A stretch of 64,000 nt of DNA from Lingula anatina (lineage: Eukaryota > Animalia > Brachiopoda), in assembly GCA_051362555.1 (NCBI GenBank), contig CM120640.1:10478001-10542000 (forward strand), in the 5' to 3' direction. The translations under genes were made by a program, and so were the position numbers. Shown piece after piece: positions 38,977-51,200 of this stretch. Below the pieces are notes generated by a model that saw nothing but the letters and a program-made list of their open reading frames with translations, made no database searches and was not told where the DNA came from. Positions within the stretch are counted from its first letter, which is position 1. The number at the start of each line of letters is the position of its first letter.

Positions 38977-41900
38977 AAAGAGTTTCACCTTGCGAGAAAA
39001 CTGTTCCTTTTCCTCCTCAGTTAGGACGTTTGTGACATAACGAAGAAGCTTCTTCATGTATTTGCTGGTGACACTGTGGCCCCTTGCTACTGGATCTAAT
39101 GATGACACTGCCTGCAGCAATGAATTCCCAATACTGTATATTCTGTATGCTTGCAATTTTGGTCGCATCTATACAATTCTCCATTCATGTGAAGTCTGTC
39201 TCTTACCAGATGTGCATAGTGTCCATTCTATTTTTCCTGCTTCAAAACTGGGTGCTTTCTATATCACACCACCTTTTTACCTACTTTGCAAATTTAGGCC
39301 CCTTAAACCTCCCATTTCAGCTACAGCCTTAGGCAATTTTCATCATGCAATTTCAGTGTAGTAGGAAGTCTCTTTAGTTCACCATTGGCTTAAAACAACC
39401 TGCTAAATACATCATTACAAAATGCTTATTTACATTTTTCTTCCTTTGCAAAATGCAGTGTGGTTGCAAAATAGTCTTGCAACTCGTACAACAGGCCACA
39501 TTGAAGGTGGAATCAAGTCATTAGCACAGTTTGAGTATCAGAATCATGTGATAGTCAACATGACAGTGAACTTTTTTAGAAGACATTTTCATGGAAATTG
39601 AATTGTAGAAGCAATCTCGGCTTTCTGCCTCTTAAAGAGCAAGGAAGCACTACAGCACTATTCCATTAGACTGCCAAGTTGAACAATGCAGTTGGTGTTT
39701 TTTCTTTGACCATCTTTTAGTGGGATTGTACATTTAGTGACAAAGTAGAGTTGTGAACCCTTTTACTTATTTTTTACAGAATAGACATCTGTATGGAATT
39801 AGTGTCTTTAAAGAGCATCTTATTGCCAGTTCTATTTATGCAAATATTTTTGAACTAAAAGGGTTATTGACATTGTGGAGAAGTCTTATTAATTCTCAGC
39901 CTAAAAAAAAAAAACAAGTGCCATTTTTTCTAAGTTTTATTATTTTAAAGCTCTAAATGTACATGCAGAATTGCATCATAATGTATATTAACTAAAATGA
40001 AGCAAGAGACTGTTGTCACAAATTATTCTAATAACAACCTATGTGAAGCTGGAATGAGTTAGCATGGTAATGTTAAACATCTGAACAATAATAATAAACT
40101 TGTTATTATCCACTAAGCAGTACTTTGTGGATGAAACCAATCTGGAAAATAAAGGAATGCGAAATTTTAACATAAATAATAAAATGCCTCTAACACCCAC
40201 AAATGATATAAAAAATATACTGTAAATGGAATAATGTCTTTGTAAACATATTTTGAATAAACAATTATACATAGAAATTATATATAAAAACCAGACTAAT
40301 TCCCTGCACATTATGCCTTAGTGCAGTTTATGTTACAGTTACCTGTGTACTCCGAACATTTTTGTGTACTGTGAGTGCTCAGATGAATAATATAGGTTCG
40401 GAAAGAATGGACTATGTACACAACGTGTTAGAGGTGTAATAGTGAAGAGCCACTCCTTGTGATGTCCTGGCACTACAAAAACAGGTGGTAAGCATGCACT
40501 TTGCTTTGGAGATTCTTTTACAGATTCTGAACAATGAAGCTATACAGCAAGGCTGGTAATATACAGACAGTTGAAAAAAAAAGAATTAAAATTGATAATG
40601 GGCATGTGTGTGCAACCAATATACATACATATAGTATTAATTCTGATAATGCTGACTTAAATAAAATAAAATATAACCAGCATTTAACCAAACCAATATT
40701 ACATGTGAACATAAAGTAAAATGAGACTTGTTTGGCAGTTATGATATAGAAAAAAAAATGCATTTGAGTGACAATGCACAGGGGATCAGAATACATGCAG
40801 ACACTTTCATTGTCTGTGTATAAAATATTAACAGCAACTTATCCATTAACTGCATCAACTTCAACTGTGAAATTGGCAATTTCCTATCTAAAACTTTACT
40901 TCTATCAGTATTCCACTTATGGTAGTCAATTTGTAAATTAATTATAAAGTTTGAACGCCACAGCAGAAGTAGCTGTAGTCATACATATATATATACATGT
41001 GTACACTTGCAACCATTTTGTAAGTACTACATTCATTCTTAACAATCTGATTATATGTTTATCATAATACAGAAAATATTATTTTCTTGAAGAATTGCAT
41101 TTCTTTTAAGGATTGTTAACACATTCAAAATGCACTGTCAATAAGCAAGAACAGCAACTTGTATATTGCACATTCATATTCATAGCTACAAATATCAGTT
41201 ATGATAAAACATCACCCTACACAAAGTATTAACAACCATTTTACATACAAATCATATCAAGTTGTTTTAATTGCCCTTAATTTTTATAGCATTCCTTCTT
41301 CCACTGCAGAAACAAAAATTATAATAGATGAAGAATGTTGTTTACGATATTTTTTTTTACTGAAAACTGTCAGTATTAACACCTGTCATCTGTCCACCAC
41401 ACATAATCACTGATTATAATTGCTATATTATTCTATCATTCTTTTCATTTTTTTTCTGTCATAACAGGTCTATGATTATATTATTCAATTGCACATTAAT
41501 GAAACTATAAACACTAACTGTCTCATGACCCAACATTCCTTTACCAGAAAGGGTATGATGGCATTTGGGATTTCTACATTGAATTTTCATCAACAGATTA
41601 TTTACAAAACCTCTGACCTGTGGTTAACAAGTCTTCATAATAGCTAACCTGGTTTTATATTCCTTGCATGCAATTTACATATTAGTAATTTTTTGAAAAT
41701 ACAAACAACCAAATTTAGCAAACCATAACAAAACATTGCAAATCAACAATTAAATCATATAGCCGATGTGTATAATCATAATTTTTGTAAATTTATTATA
41801 AATTGATAAATCACCATAGTCACTGACAAAACCATGCTAAGAAGCAGTAGGACAGTAAATGTACATGGTTTCAGTACAGTTGGGTATGACTATCTTACTC

Positions 41901-42239
41901 ATAAACATAATATATAAGGTGAGTTTATTAGTTTATTCATAGGATTTCCTCAGTTCAACCACTCCAATTCTTCTAAGAACTAATGATTGAGGACCGTCTA
42001 GTATTTTTCTCCTAAAATCAAAACAAGATTTTACTAATAAAAAAAGGAGAAAGAGTGTGAGAGCCACCAAGACGAATAGATATCCTTATTGCCTTCTGAT
42101 ATAAGCACCATCCATCACTAGCTTTCCTTGTTAAGTCTGCCATCCCTTGAATGGCTTGCGTTAGGTGTAAGGTGCTGCCATTGCAGCAGGTGATTAGCTG
42201 CATCAGACAGAGATTGTGTTAGTTGTGACTCTATTTAAC

Positions 42240-45200
42240 TCAACCAGTCACTGGCAGTTCTCTCTGCAGTATATAATCTGGTTGTTGACTGTCGCTTGAA
42301 GGACGTTTTGAATGCATGCTTTCTCTTGTAGATTCTCTCTGTTGTTTCTGTGGCTGTTTTTGTTGCTGTTGCTGCTGTTGTTCCATTCCAGCAGCCACGT
42401 AAGAAAATACACACAACACAGCATAGCAGATGTCATCAGCCTGAAATAAGACATGGTATGAAAAATAAAACCAACAATTGCTTTAAAATTTTGAATTCTG
42501 TTTACTTTCACCTGTTTAGATCACTGTCATGTCATTCATAAGCCAAGGAAAAGCATCCACATAAAAAGCTCATATCAAACGTGCAGTATTAAAAACACTC
42601 ATGCGCTTCAACATTGTTAATACAAGCAAAATAATATTGTGTGACAATTTGTCATAAAATCAGTAATTTAGATGTAAAAATTACAGTTATATAATTTCTT
42701 AAATTATATTTCTTAATTAAAACTGTTGATGAAATATGGTAATCATTATTGTCTAAAACTAGAGGATCAGAGAGGCGATACCGCCTCCGAATATTGTACC
42801 ACCAGCTGGAGCAAGCGCATTCGTATAGACCCCCACATACACAAAATAAGGGACACAGCCACCAGTCTTATGCTTGACAAGCTATAAAAATGCAATCAAC
42901 AAGAATTTTCAAAATACGCAAAAAATATATATAACTTAAAATGGTACAATCAAAGTTAAGTTCATCGTAAGGTAGGTCAAAGGTCAATTTCAAGGTCGCA
43001 GTAAATTGCCAGTATATGACTTCCTATTCAACTTCAATAGTAACTATGGACCTATCTCTGCCAGGTTTGGAGTTAAAAGAGAAAGAAATTAGCAGAGTTC
43101 AGTTCATGATTATAAGTAGGTCAAAGGTCAATTTGAAGGTCACATATAGATTGCCAGTATATGACTTCCTATTCAAGTCCAATAGTAACTACGGACCTAT
43201 CTCAGCCAGTTTTGGAGATAAAAGGAAACCAAAATTTGCAAAGTTCAGTTCATGGTGAAAAGTAGGTCAAAGGTCAATTTCAAGGTCACAGTAAGATTGC
43301 CAGTATATGACTTCCTATTCAAGTCCAATAGAAACTACGGACCTATCTCTGCCAGTTTTGGAGATAAAAGGGAAACAAAATTTGCAATGTTCAGTTCATG
43401 GTGAAAAGTAGGTCAAAGGTCAATTTTAAGGTCACATTTAGATTGCCAGTATATGACTTCCTATTCAAGTTCAATAGTAACTATGGACCTATCTCTGCCA
43501 GTTTTGGAGACAAAAGGGAAGCAAAATTTGCAAAGTTCAGTTCATGGTTAAAAGGAGGTCAAAGGTCAATTTTAAGGTCACATTTATATTGCCAGTATAT
43601 GACTTCCTATTCAAGTTCAATAGTAACTATGGACCTATCTCTGCCAGTTTTGGAGATAAAAGCAAAGCAAAATTTGCAAAGTTCAGTTCATGGTGAAAAG
43701 TAGGTCAAAGGTCAATTTTAAGGTCACATTTATATTGCCAGTATATGACTTCCTATTCAAGTTCAATAGTAACTATGGACCTATCTCTGCCAGTTTTGGA
43801 GATATAAGGGACTAAATGTTATAATTTTGGAGTTACCATAATGTGCCTTAAATTTCGAACAGAAAAAATTAATTAAAATAAAGAAAATGTCATTTTGGTC
43901 AAAATTCTTGAAATAGGAGGTGCTCTGAAGTTTCAGAAGTTCAAGTTTGATGAAATAATGTCATTTTTGAACACAAGTTGTCTGCTTTGCCAAGCCTTAT
44001 GTTTTATTTTTCCAGAGTTCAAAATTTATTATCCATTACCGTACTGCACATTTTGCTTTTACCACCAATATGTACTTTTTGATACAGCGTAACTCGAAAA
44101 CCGTATGGAATACAAAAAAACCGAGACCACCTCCAGTATTGGGCTTTACATGCAAAGTTCAGTTCATGGTGAAAAGTAGGTCAAAGGTCAATTTTAAGGT
44201 CACATTTATATTGCCAGTATATGACTTCCTATTCAAGTTCAATAGTAACTATGGACCTATCTCTGCCAGTTTTGGAGATAAAAGGGAAGAAAAATTTGCA
44301 AAGTTCAGTTCATGGTGAAAAGAAGGTCAAAGGTCAATTTTAAGGTCACATTTAGATTGCCAGTATATGACTTCCTATTCAAGTTCAATAGTAACTATGG
44401 ACCTATCTCTGCCAGTTTTGGAGATAAAAGGGAAGCAAAATTTGCAAAGTTCAGTTCATGGTGAAAAGTAGGTCAAAGGTCAATTTTAAGGTCACATTTA
44501 GATTGCCAGTATATGACTTCCTATTCAAGTTCAATAGTAACTACGGACCTATCTCAGCCAGTTTTGGAGATAAAAGGAAAGCAAAATTTGCAAAGTTCAG
44601 TTCATGGTGAAAAGTAGGTCAAAGGTCAATTTTAAGGTCACATTTAGATTGCCAGTATATGACTTCCTATTCAAGTTCAATAGTAACTATGGACCTATCT
44701 CTGACAGTTTTGGAGATAAAAGGGAAGAAAAATTTGCAAAGTTCAGTTCATGGTGAAAAGTAGGTCAAAGGTCAATTTTAAGGTCACATATAGATTGCCA
44801 GTATATGACTTCCTATTCAAGTTCAATAGTAACTATGGACCTATCTCTGCCAGTTTTGGCGATAAAATGGAAGAAAAATTTGCAAAGTTCAATTCATGGT
44901 GAAAAGTAGGTCAAAGGTCAATTTTAAGGTCACATGTAGATTGCCAGTATATGACTTCCTATTCAAGTTCAATAGAGACTATGGACCTATCTCTGCCAGT
45001 TTTGGAGATAAAAAGGAAGCAAAATTTGCAAAGTTCAGTTCATGGTGAAAAGTAGGTCAAAGGTCAATTTTAAGGTCACATTTAGATTGCCAGTATATGA
45101 CTTCCTATTCAACTTCAATAGTAACTATGGACCTATCTCTGCCAGTTGTGGAGATAAAAGGGAAGCAAAATTTGCAAAGTTCAGTTCATGGTGAAAAGTA

Positions 45201-48200
45201 GGTCAAAGGTCAATTTTAAGGTCACATTTAGATTGCCAGTATATGACTTCCTATTCAAGTTCAATAGAAACTATGGACCTATCTCTGCCAGTTTTGGAGA
45301 TAAAAGGGAAGCAAAATTTGCAAAGTTCAGTTCATGGTGAAAAGTAGGTCAAAGGTCAATTTTAAGGTCACATTTAGATTGCCAGTATATGACTTCCTAT
45401 TCAACTTCAATAGTAACTATGGACCTATCTCTGCCAGTTTTGGAGATATAAGGGACTAAATGTTATAATTTTGGAGTTACCATAATGTGCCATAAATTTC
45501 CTACAGAAAAAATTAATTAAAATAAAGAAAAGGTCATTTTGGTCAAAATTCTTGAAATGGGAGGTGCTCTGAAGTTCCAGATGTTCAAATTTGATGAAAT
45601 AATGTCGTTTTGGACCACAAGTTGTCTGCTTTGCCAAGCCTTATGTTTTATTTTTCCGGAGTTCAAAATTTATTATCCATTACCGTACTGCACATTTTGC
45701 TTTCACCACCAATATGTACTTTTTGATACAGTGTAACTCGAAAACGGTATGGAATACAAAAAAACGGAGACCACCTCCAGTGTTGGGCTTTACATGCTCT
45801 ACAAAATGCAAAAAAGAATGGGTCTCTAGCATTAACGGTTCCCGAATTAGAGACAGTTTTCAGTTTCGGTATCTTATGGCCGCTACTCCCGTGAAAATGC
45901 ACCGATTGACCCCAAATTCATGGAGATGAAAGATGACCTGAAGGGTAACACTTTCCAATAATATTATTGGTTAAGTCTGTGTGGTGTCTGAATAACAGGG
46001 CAAAAAAATTTTTTTTCGTAAAAAATTTCATTTTTTTGAAAATTTTGGCCCATTTGACCTTGAAGTAAAGGTCAAAGGTCAAATCCAAGGGTATATTTGA
46101 AATCTACACATATGACTTTTGGAAAGCCGTCTATAGAATTTTTTCCCATAACTCCTTCCGTAGGGTAGATAATTAGCATTTAATTTTGCCATTTTTAGAC
46201 AAGGGTGCATTGCAATGAGTGCCACACCCAGACCCCAATACCGACAAAGCCCAAATTTTACGTGGAACGAGTTGAGATTATAGGTGACCTAAATCCATGA
46301 GATGGGTATGGGGGGCCTTACCGTCTAGGAGGAGAAGCGGTAACGGTAGCCGTCCGGCGGAGCCGGCGGAGCCGGCGGAACCGGCGGAGCCGGCGGAGCC
46401 GGCAGAACGATCCGGACGAGACCGAAACCATGTGTACCGCCAGCGCTAACGCTGGTGGTACAATAAACCTTCCCAGTTAGCATAGCAAATAAAGAAGTTA
46501 AGTTGGTGCTTCTTATTACTTATAACATTTAAAATTCGGTGTGTTAAGAGCACTTCATAAATATTGAAGCCAAGTGAAAAATTCCTAGGATATTAGTTAT
46601 TGAATAGTATAATCTCTAACAAGTATCCACTGCATTAAATCATGTGCTGTGCTGCAGATTTTACCATTCAAAATGGTGCTAAGTCATCTTTTAATTACCA
46701 CATATTGTTCAAAAGCACCAATTTAATATGGACACTAAAACCCTAATACTCGAAGTTCATATCCATATACTTAGATATTTTTGTTTCATCAAAAAACCTC
46801 AAACCATACTTGCAACACTTTGGGCTTTCATTTTACTTACAACAAATAAAATCATAAATGTAAAATCATATATCAGTTTGATCAATAAATCAAAAATAAC
46901 TTTGATTTGCTTGAAATGGTTGCACATCGTATATTATGGTGTTATTATTGTGTGCACGCAGGGCAACTGTTTCAAACTCTCAATCCTGGATAATTATAAG
47001 CAGCTTTTGTCCTGAATGCAATATTTGCTTGAGGGGGAGAGTTTGTGATAAATCAATTGTCCTTCATACATGAATGCAAAATGGCGCTGGAAATTGGATT
47101 AACCCAAATCATGCTTTCAACCTCATAAATCAAACAGCTCAAAAGATGAAAGCACATAAATCTGCTGGTTAACAAGTGCACTGATTAATTCACCTCTTAA
47201 ACTCTGATTTAGTTATATAAAAGGCACACAAAAAATAAAACATGCCAAGACACCAGTTGAACAGCAGCCTCTAACAGTTGTGGGATCTGCAGCCTGTTAA
47301 TAAAACAAAGGAAATGTGAATATGTAAGTAAAGTAATTGCCATGCCATACAACACTAGTCTCCATACATCTAAAAAGGAAAGATTCGCCTCTAGTATTGT
47401 TGCTTCCCAACACTGCTGCTTTTGAGTTTCATTCTGACAATGCAGCAATAAGCAAAAACCAAACAGAGATGCATAAAAATTTCCATGTAAGAAATCTGTA
47501 TGTCCAGGCCTTATGAAACAAATAAGACTTTTACTAAAACAACCCGCAGATCTCTTAGCACTAACACCCATATTAACCACATAACCCACAAATTAACCAG
47601 TGCTACCAGAGGGGATGACTGTTAGTGCCAGGTATCACTTTGTTGGTGCTAAATAATTGTGCACTGTGTTGATTAATACATAGGTTTGGTAGTTAATAAG
47701 GTCATTAGGGATAAAAAATCTGCAAGTAGTCTTAGCAAACACCTAATCGGTTTATAGGACCTGATGTCTAAACACAGCCAGATATCTCAGTGTTGCTGTT
47801 CAAATGTTCAAAAGATAGAAAAAGATTCAAAAGTGATGGCTTTATCTTTAATGTCCCTGGGATGGCTTCTTACATTTATTCAGGTAATCTTTCTATATGT
47901 AACAGAATTACAGAAGCTTACAAAAGTTCAACTGCCCAAAGAAAACGTTTTTTTTTTTTTTTAAATAATAATGATTAAATTTGTGGGATTTAATTTTCTT
48001 ATAGATGAAATCCTGTCATCCAATTGAAGTATGGAGACTACTGTCTGGGTTACAATAAACCTTGCATGCAGGCAGTGCTGGACTGTTATCATACGCTACT
48101 ACTGTTACAAATACTGTGCTACTAACACATGCAACTATGGTAGCAAGATGACATCAGTCATGAAGTCTAAAATATATATATATAGCAAGTACAAATGGAA

Positions 48201-51200
48201 AGAAGGCATACTGTGTTGCAAATAACCATTGGGCACGGTGCCGTTCTTGCGCAGGCTGCTGTCTGGATGCTGCAGACGGTGTGTTTGAGGGAAAGTATAA
48301 AGTGCAGGTTGTACTGAGATTGTCCGATGAACTGCGTGAATAATTTGGGCAGCCTGTCAGGGAGAAAAAATCACTACATCAACTTAAACATTCATAAAAT
48401 ATAACCACACTAAAAATGACATTACACACTTCCAAGTTTCTAGCTGATCTGAGGGAATGATTACATTTGACATTCACCATTGCTGATCTTTGAATGTTGA
48501 CCAAATAACATGCAAGCTATAGGAAGAATGCACTTCAATCACGTATAAATGTAGTGCCAAATGTGGTTTCACTCAGGTCACTTGAGATATAACAAAGAGA
48601 AATAGATATAACACATCTACTCTATACTAAGCAACAGAATTAGATGTTCAACAAAGAAAATACTGTCAAACATGATAAAAACATAAAGTGTTACATGGCA
48701 AGGCAATTTGTCCACACCATGAAGCACTTCCACCCTTTCCATGCTGTATGCCTACTATAAACAAATGTACAGTTCTGTATATGTGTATTTTGGTTATCAA
48801 ATAAATATGATGCAGAGGAAGTTGGACTCCATAGGAGAAAGTCAGTAGTCACAAGCTAATAATAAATGCCTATTTAAACTGCTAAAGTGGTTTAAGTAAA
48901 TTTTATATAAGCATTCAAGCTAAGTAAAGGAAAAATATTCATGCAATGCCCTCATGAATTTGCATGTTTGCTTTTTAAGTCTGTCTTTTGTAGACTTATT
49001 CATGCATGTAAGTATTTTCAAAGTGAAGAAAAAAAATAAGGACTGATCTCGAGCAACAGTCTACTTACAGCAATACTTCTTATCTAAGTTTAAATCTGTT
49101 TTATTAGAAAAAGAAAAACACTTACCATGCTGGACTTGTATTTTCTCTGGATTACTTTTTTATTCTTGGCATCTGAAAGAAAGTAGATTTTGGGATGTAC
49201 ACCTTGGCTTGTGGACTGACTGCCATCATGTTCCATGCAATAATTTTGTTAAATTCTCAACAGTTGCAGGTATTCATGCCTTCTTAATTCTTTTTGCAAT
49301 GATAAGCTTGATAAAAAATTCTGAAATTTTTTCTATATAAACAATATCACATTAGCAGGTTGGATTTTGTAAACCCCCCAACTGGGTAGTTATATTGAGG
49401 TGAGGGTTCCTAAAAAGTAGGAAATTTTTGTTTATGAAATCAAAATTTTAACTTTTCATATCTTCCATAACATAAAAAGTTTGCAAATGCAAAGTTACAT
49501 GACTATACTACTGCAGTGCCATCTATGTCACAACAGCCAAGACAGGCCAAGGTGGCAACAAACAGAAAGAAAACAAGACGGACGGATGGTTGGATGCAGA
49601 TAATGACAGTCATAGGGCTTACCAAATTCTTCAAGGACAAAAATGCCGCCTTTCTGTGTGAAACATTTCCTCACACGATTTAGCTCAACAAAGAACTGAA
49701 AATAAGAAAAAATAAACACATTGAGCAAGAGAAACTAAACAGAAAATTTACAACCACAGGATATCTGGTGGGTGGTGCTACCACTTGGAATACGAGTTAC
49801 ACAATTATACCAAGTGTATGGCAAACACTTTACTGACATTTTGAATTGTAAGGATACTGAATTTCAAGCTAGGATTAGTACCATAGATAATACTTGTTAG
49901 TGTTCATCAAAATAAATTTGAAAATAGTCTTAATGAATTTCCATCCATGCCAACGTTTTATAAATTCATTGAAAAAAAAAAAGAACAAAAATTACAATAG
50001 CATTCCAAATATAAATAACGCCACAGAGTACAAACAGCTACATATAATATATATAAATATATATAAAGAATCACAATTTGGTACATATGACATTACTGTA
50101 TTTCAAGTGGTAGCTTGATCAACATAAAGGACACAGCAAGAAATAGCCACAACAGAAGCCAATAAGCAAAAGCCAACTGAGGGACAGGCTTTGTCTATCT
50201 AGTAGTTGGCATGCAACACGCAAGAGATTTGCACGCTGCTTCATACCTCAAAGTCCTGATGCCCCAGAATGGTATGATGAGGGAAAGAAAAATAGAAAAG
50301 CACAGTTAGGCAATTTTATAAAGTTAAATTAGTCGATACCAGAAATTATCAAAATGGATACCACGTGTAACATCATGTATCTTCTCCCTGTAAAATACAT
50401 CCCATTCCCAGTCAAAAAAATAAACAACATGAAATCCCGAAAATTTTCGAAAGCCAATTTGACACGAAAAAATCAAATAATGTTCAACCTCACACCACTG
50501 TTTTTTCTTTCTCAACAATTACTCATGCAAGAATAGGAACTATGGTGACTTGCACGTTCATATGGTGCATGCATGATGTGGTGCCATCTAGTGTGCTGTA
50601 TGCCCATATGACTCATGCAAGACCCATTGTCATCTTATGTCTTGAATGTCCATTTGGCACATGCAAGTACAGGTACCATCTTGTATCTGGTATGTCCACA
50701 TACTGCAAGAAAGACAACCATGCCCATCGGAATGAATATGATATATAAAACACATGCAGCAAGCAGAGGGAGCTCTAGAGAGGTGCAGACAAGCTGATAA
50801 TAGACTTAATCTTCAGTATTCTTCAAAGGACATTCATTTTCAATTGAAAACCTGTAAAATGATTAAAAAAAGCAGTGAATGTCACAGAAGATAACACTGA
50901 AAGAAAGGTTAGTTTCTCTACTGTTATGACACTCTGGGTCATGTTTAAGAACTTACTTTTCAAGTCTGTCAATGCTACTATTCACAATAATAGATGATGC
51001 GGCTCTCCCTCAACAAATACAGTTAATTATGATCTGGGATCCTTCCAGTTCTATATTTGTCCCATTGCAAAAATGTGTCTGACACAGTGTCATAACTTAT
51101 CTCCTTAAGCTTTTCGAACATTAAATATTTCAACCCAAGGCTTAAACCATTTTGCACAGTTGTGATGTTTTTCTAGATAACATTTTAGAAATGAATTTGA

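Larger units (their letters stand above)
36088..39168 (-). pseudogene. hAT transposase C-terminal relic interrupted by the Gypsy insertion
   Basis: Removing 36300-38976 and one TSD copy restores one frame: ...EEKEQFSRKVKLF|QVDNSFPQYSDTDRADIWWVSVRDTERYPALSKMALSLMACFHGPQVEGAFNVMGDIL, resembling the hAT dimerization domain. Confidence 0.7.

Noticed and set aside
38557-39168. 203-aa ORF as a novel fusion protein
   Set aside because: Explained as a chance in-frame junction of hAT relic, LTR hairpin and RT fragment; downstream pol is frameshifted.
43016-44318. Repeated short ORFs such as [14 protein letters not shown]...
   Set aside because: By-products of the 146-bp tandem repeat.
42950-45450. 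Regular repeats as a possible CRISPR-like array
   Set aside because: Whole 146-bp units repeat with no unique spacers, the context is eukaryotic and there are no cas genes.
50800-50855. Strong minus-strand acceptor in a MADD intron
   Set aside because: Stop codon after three codons in the MADD frame and no clear donor.
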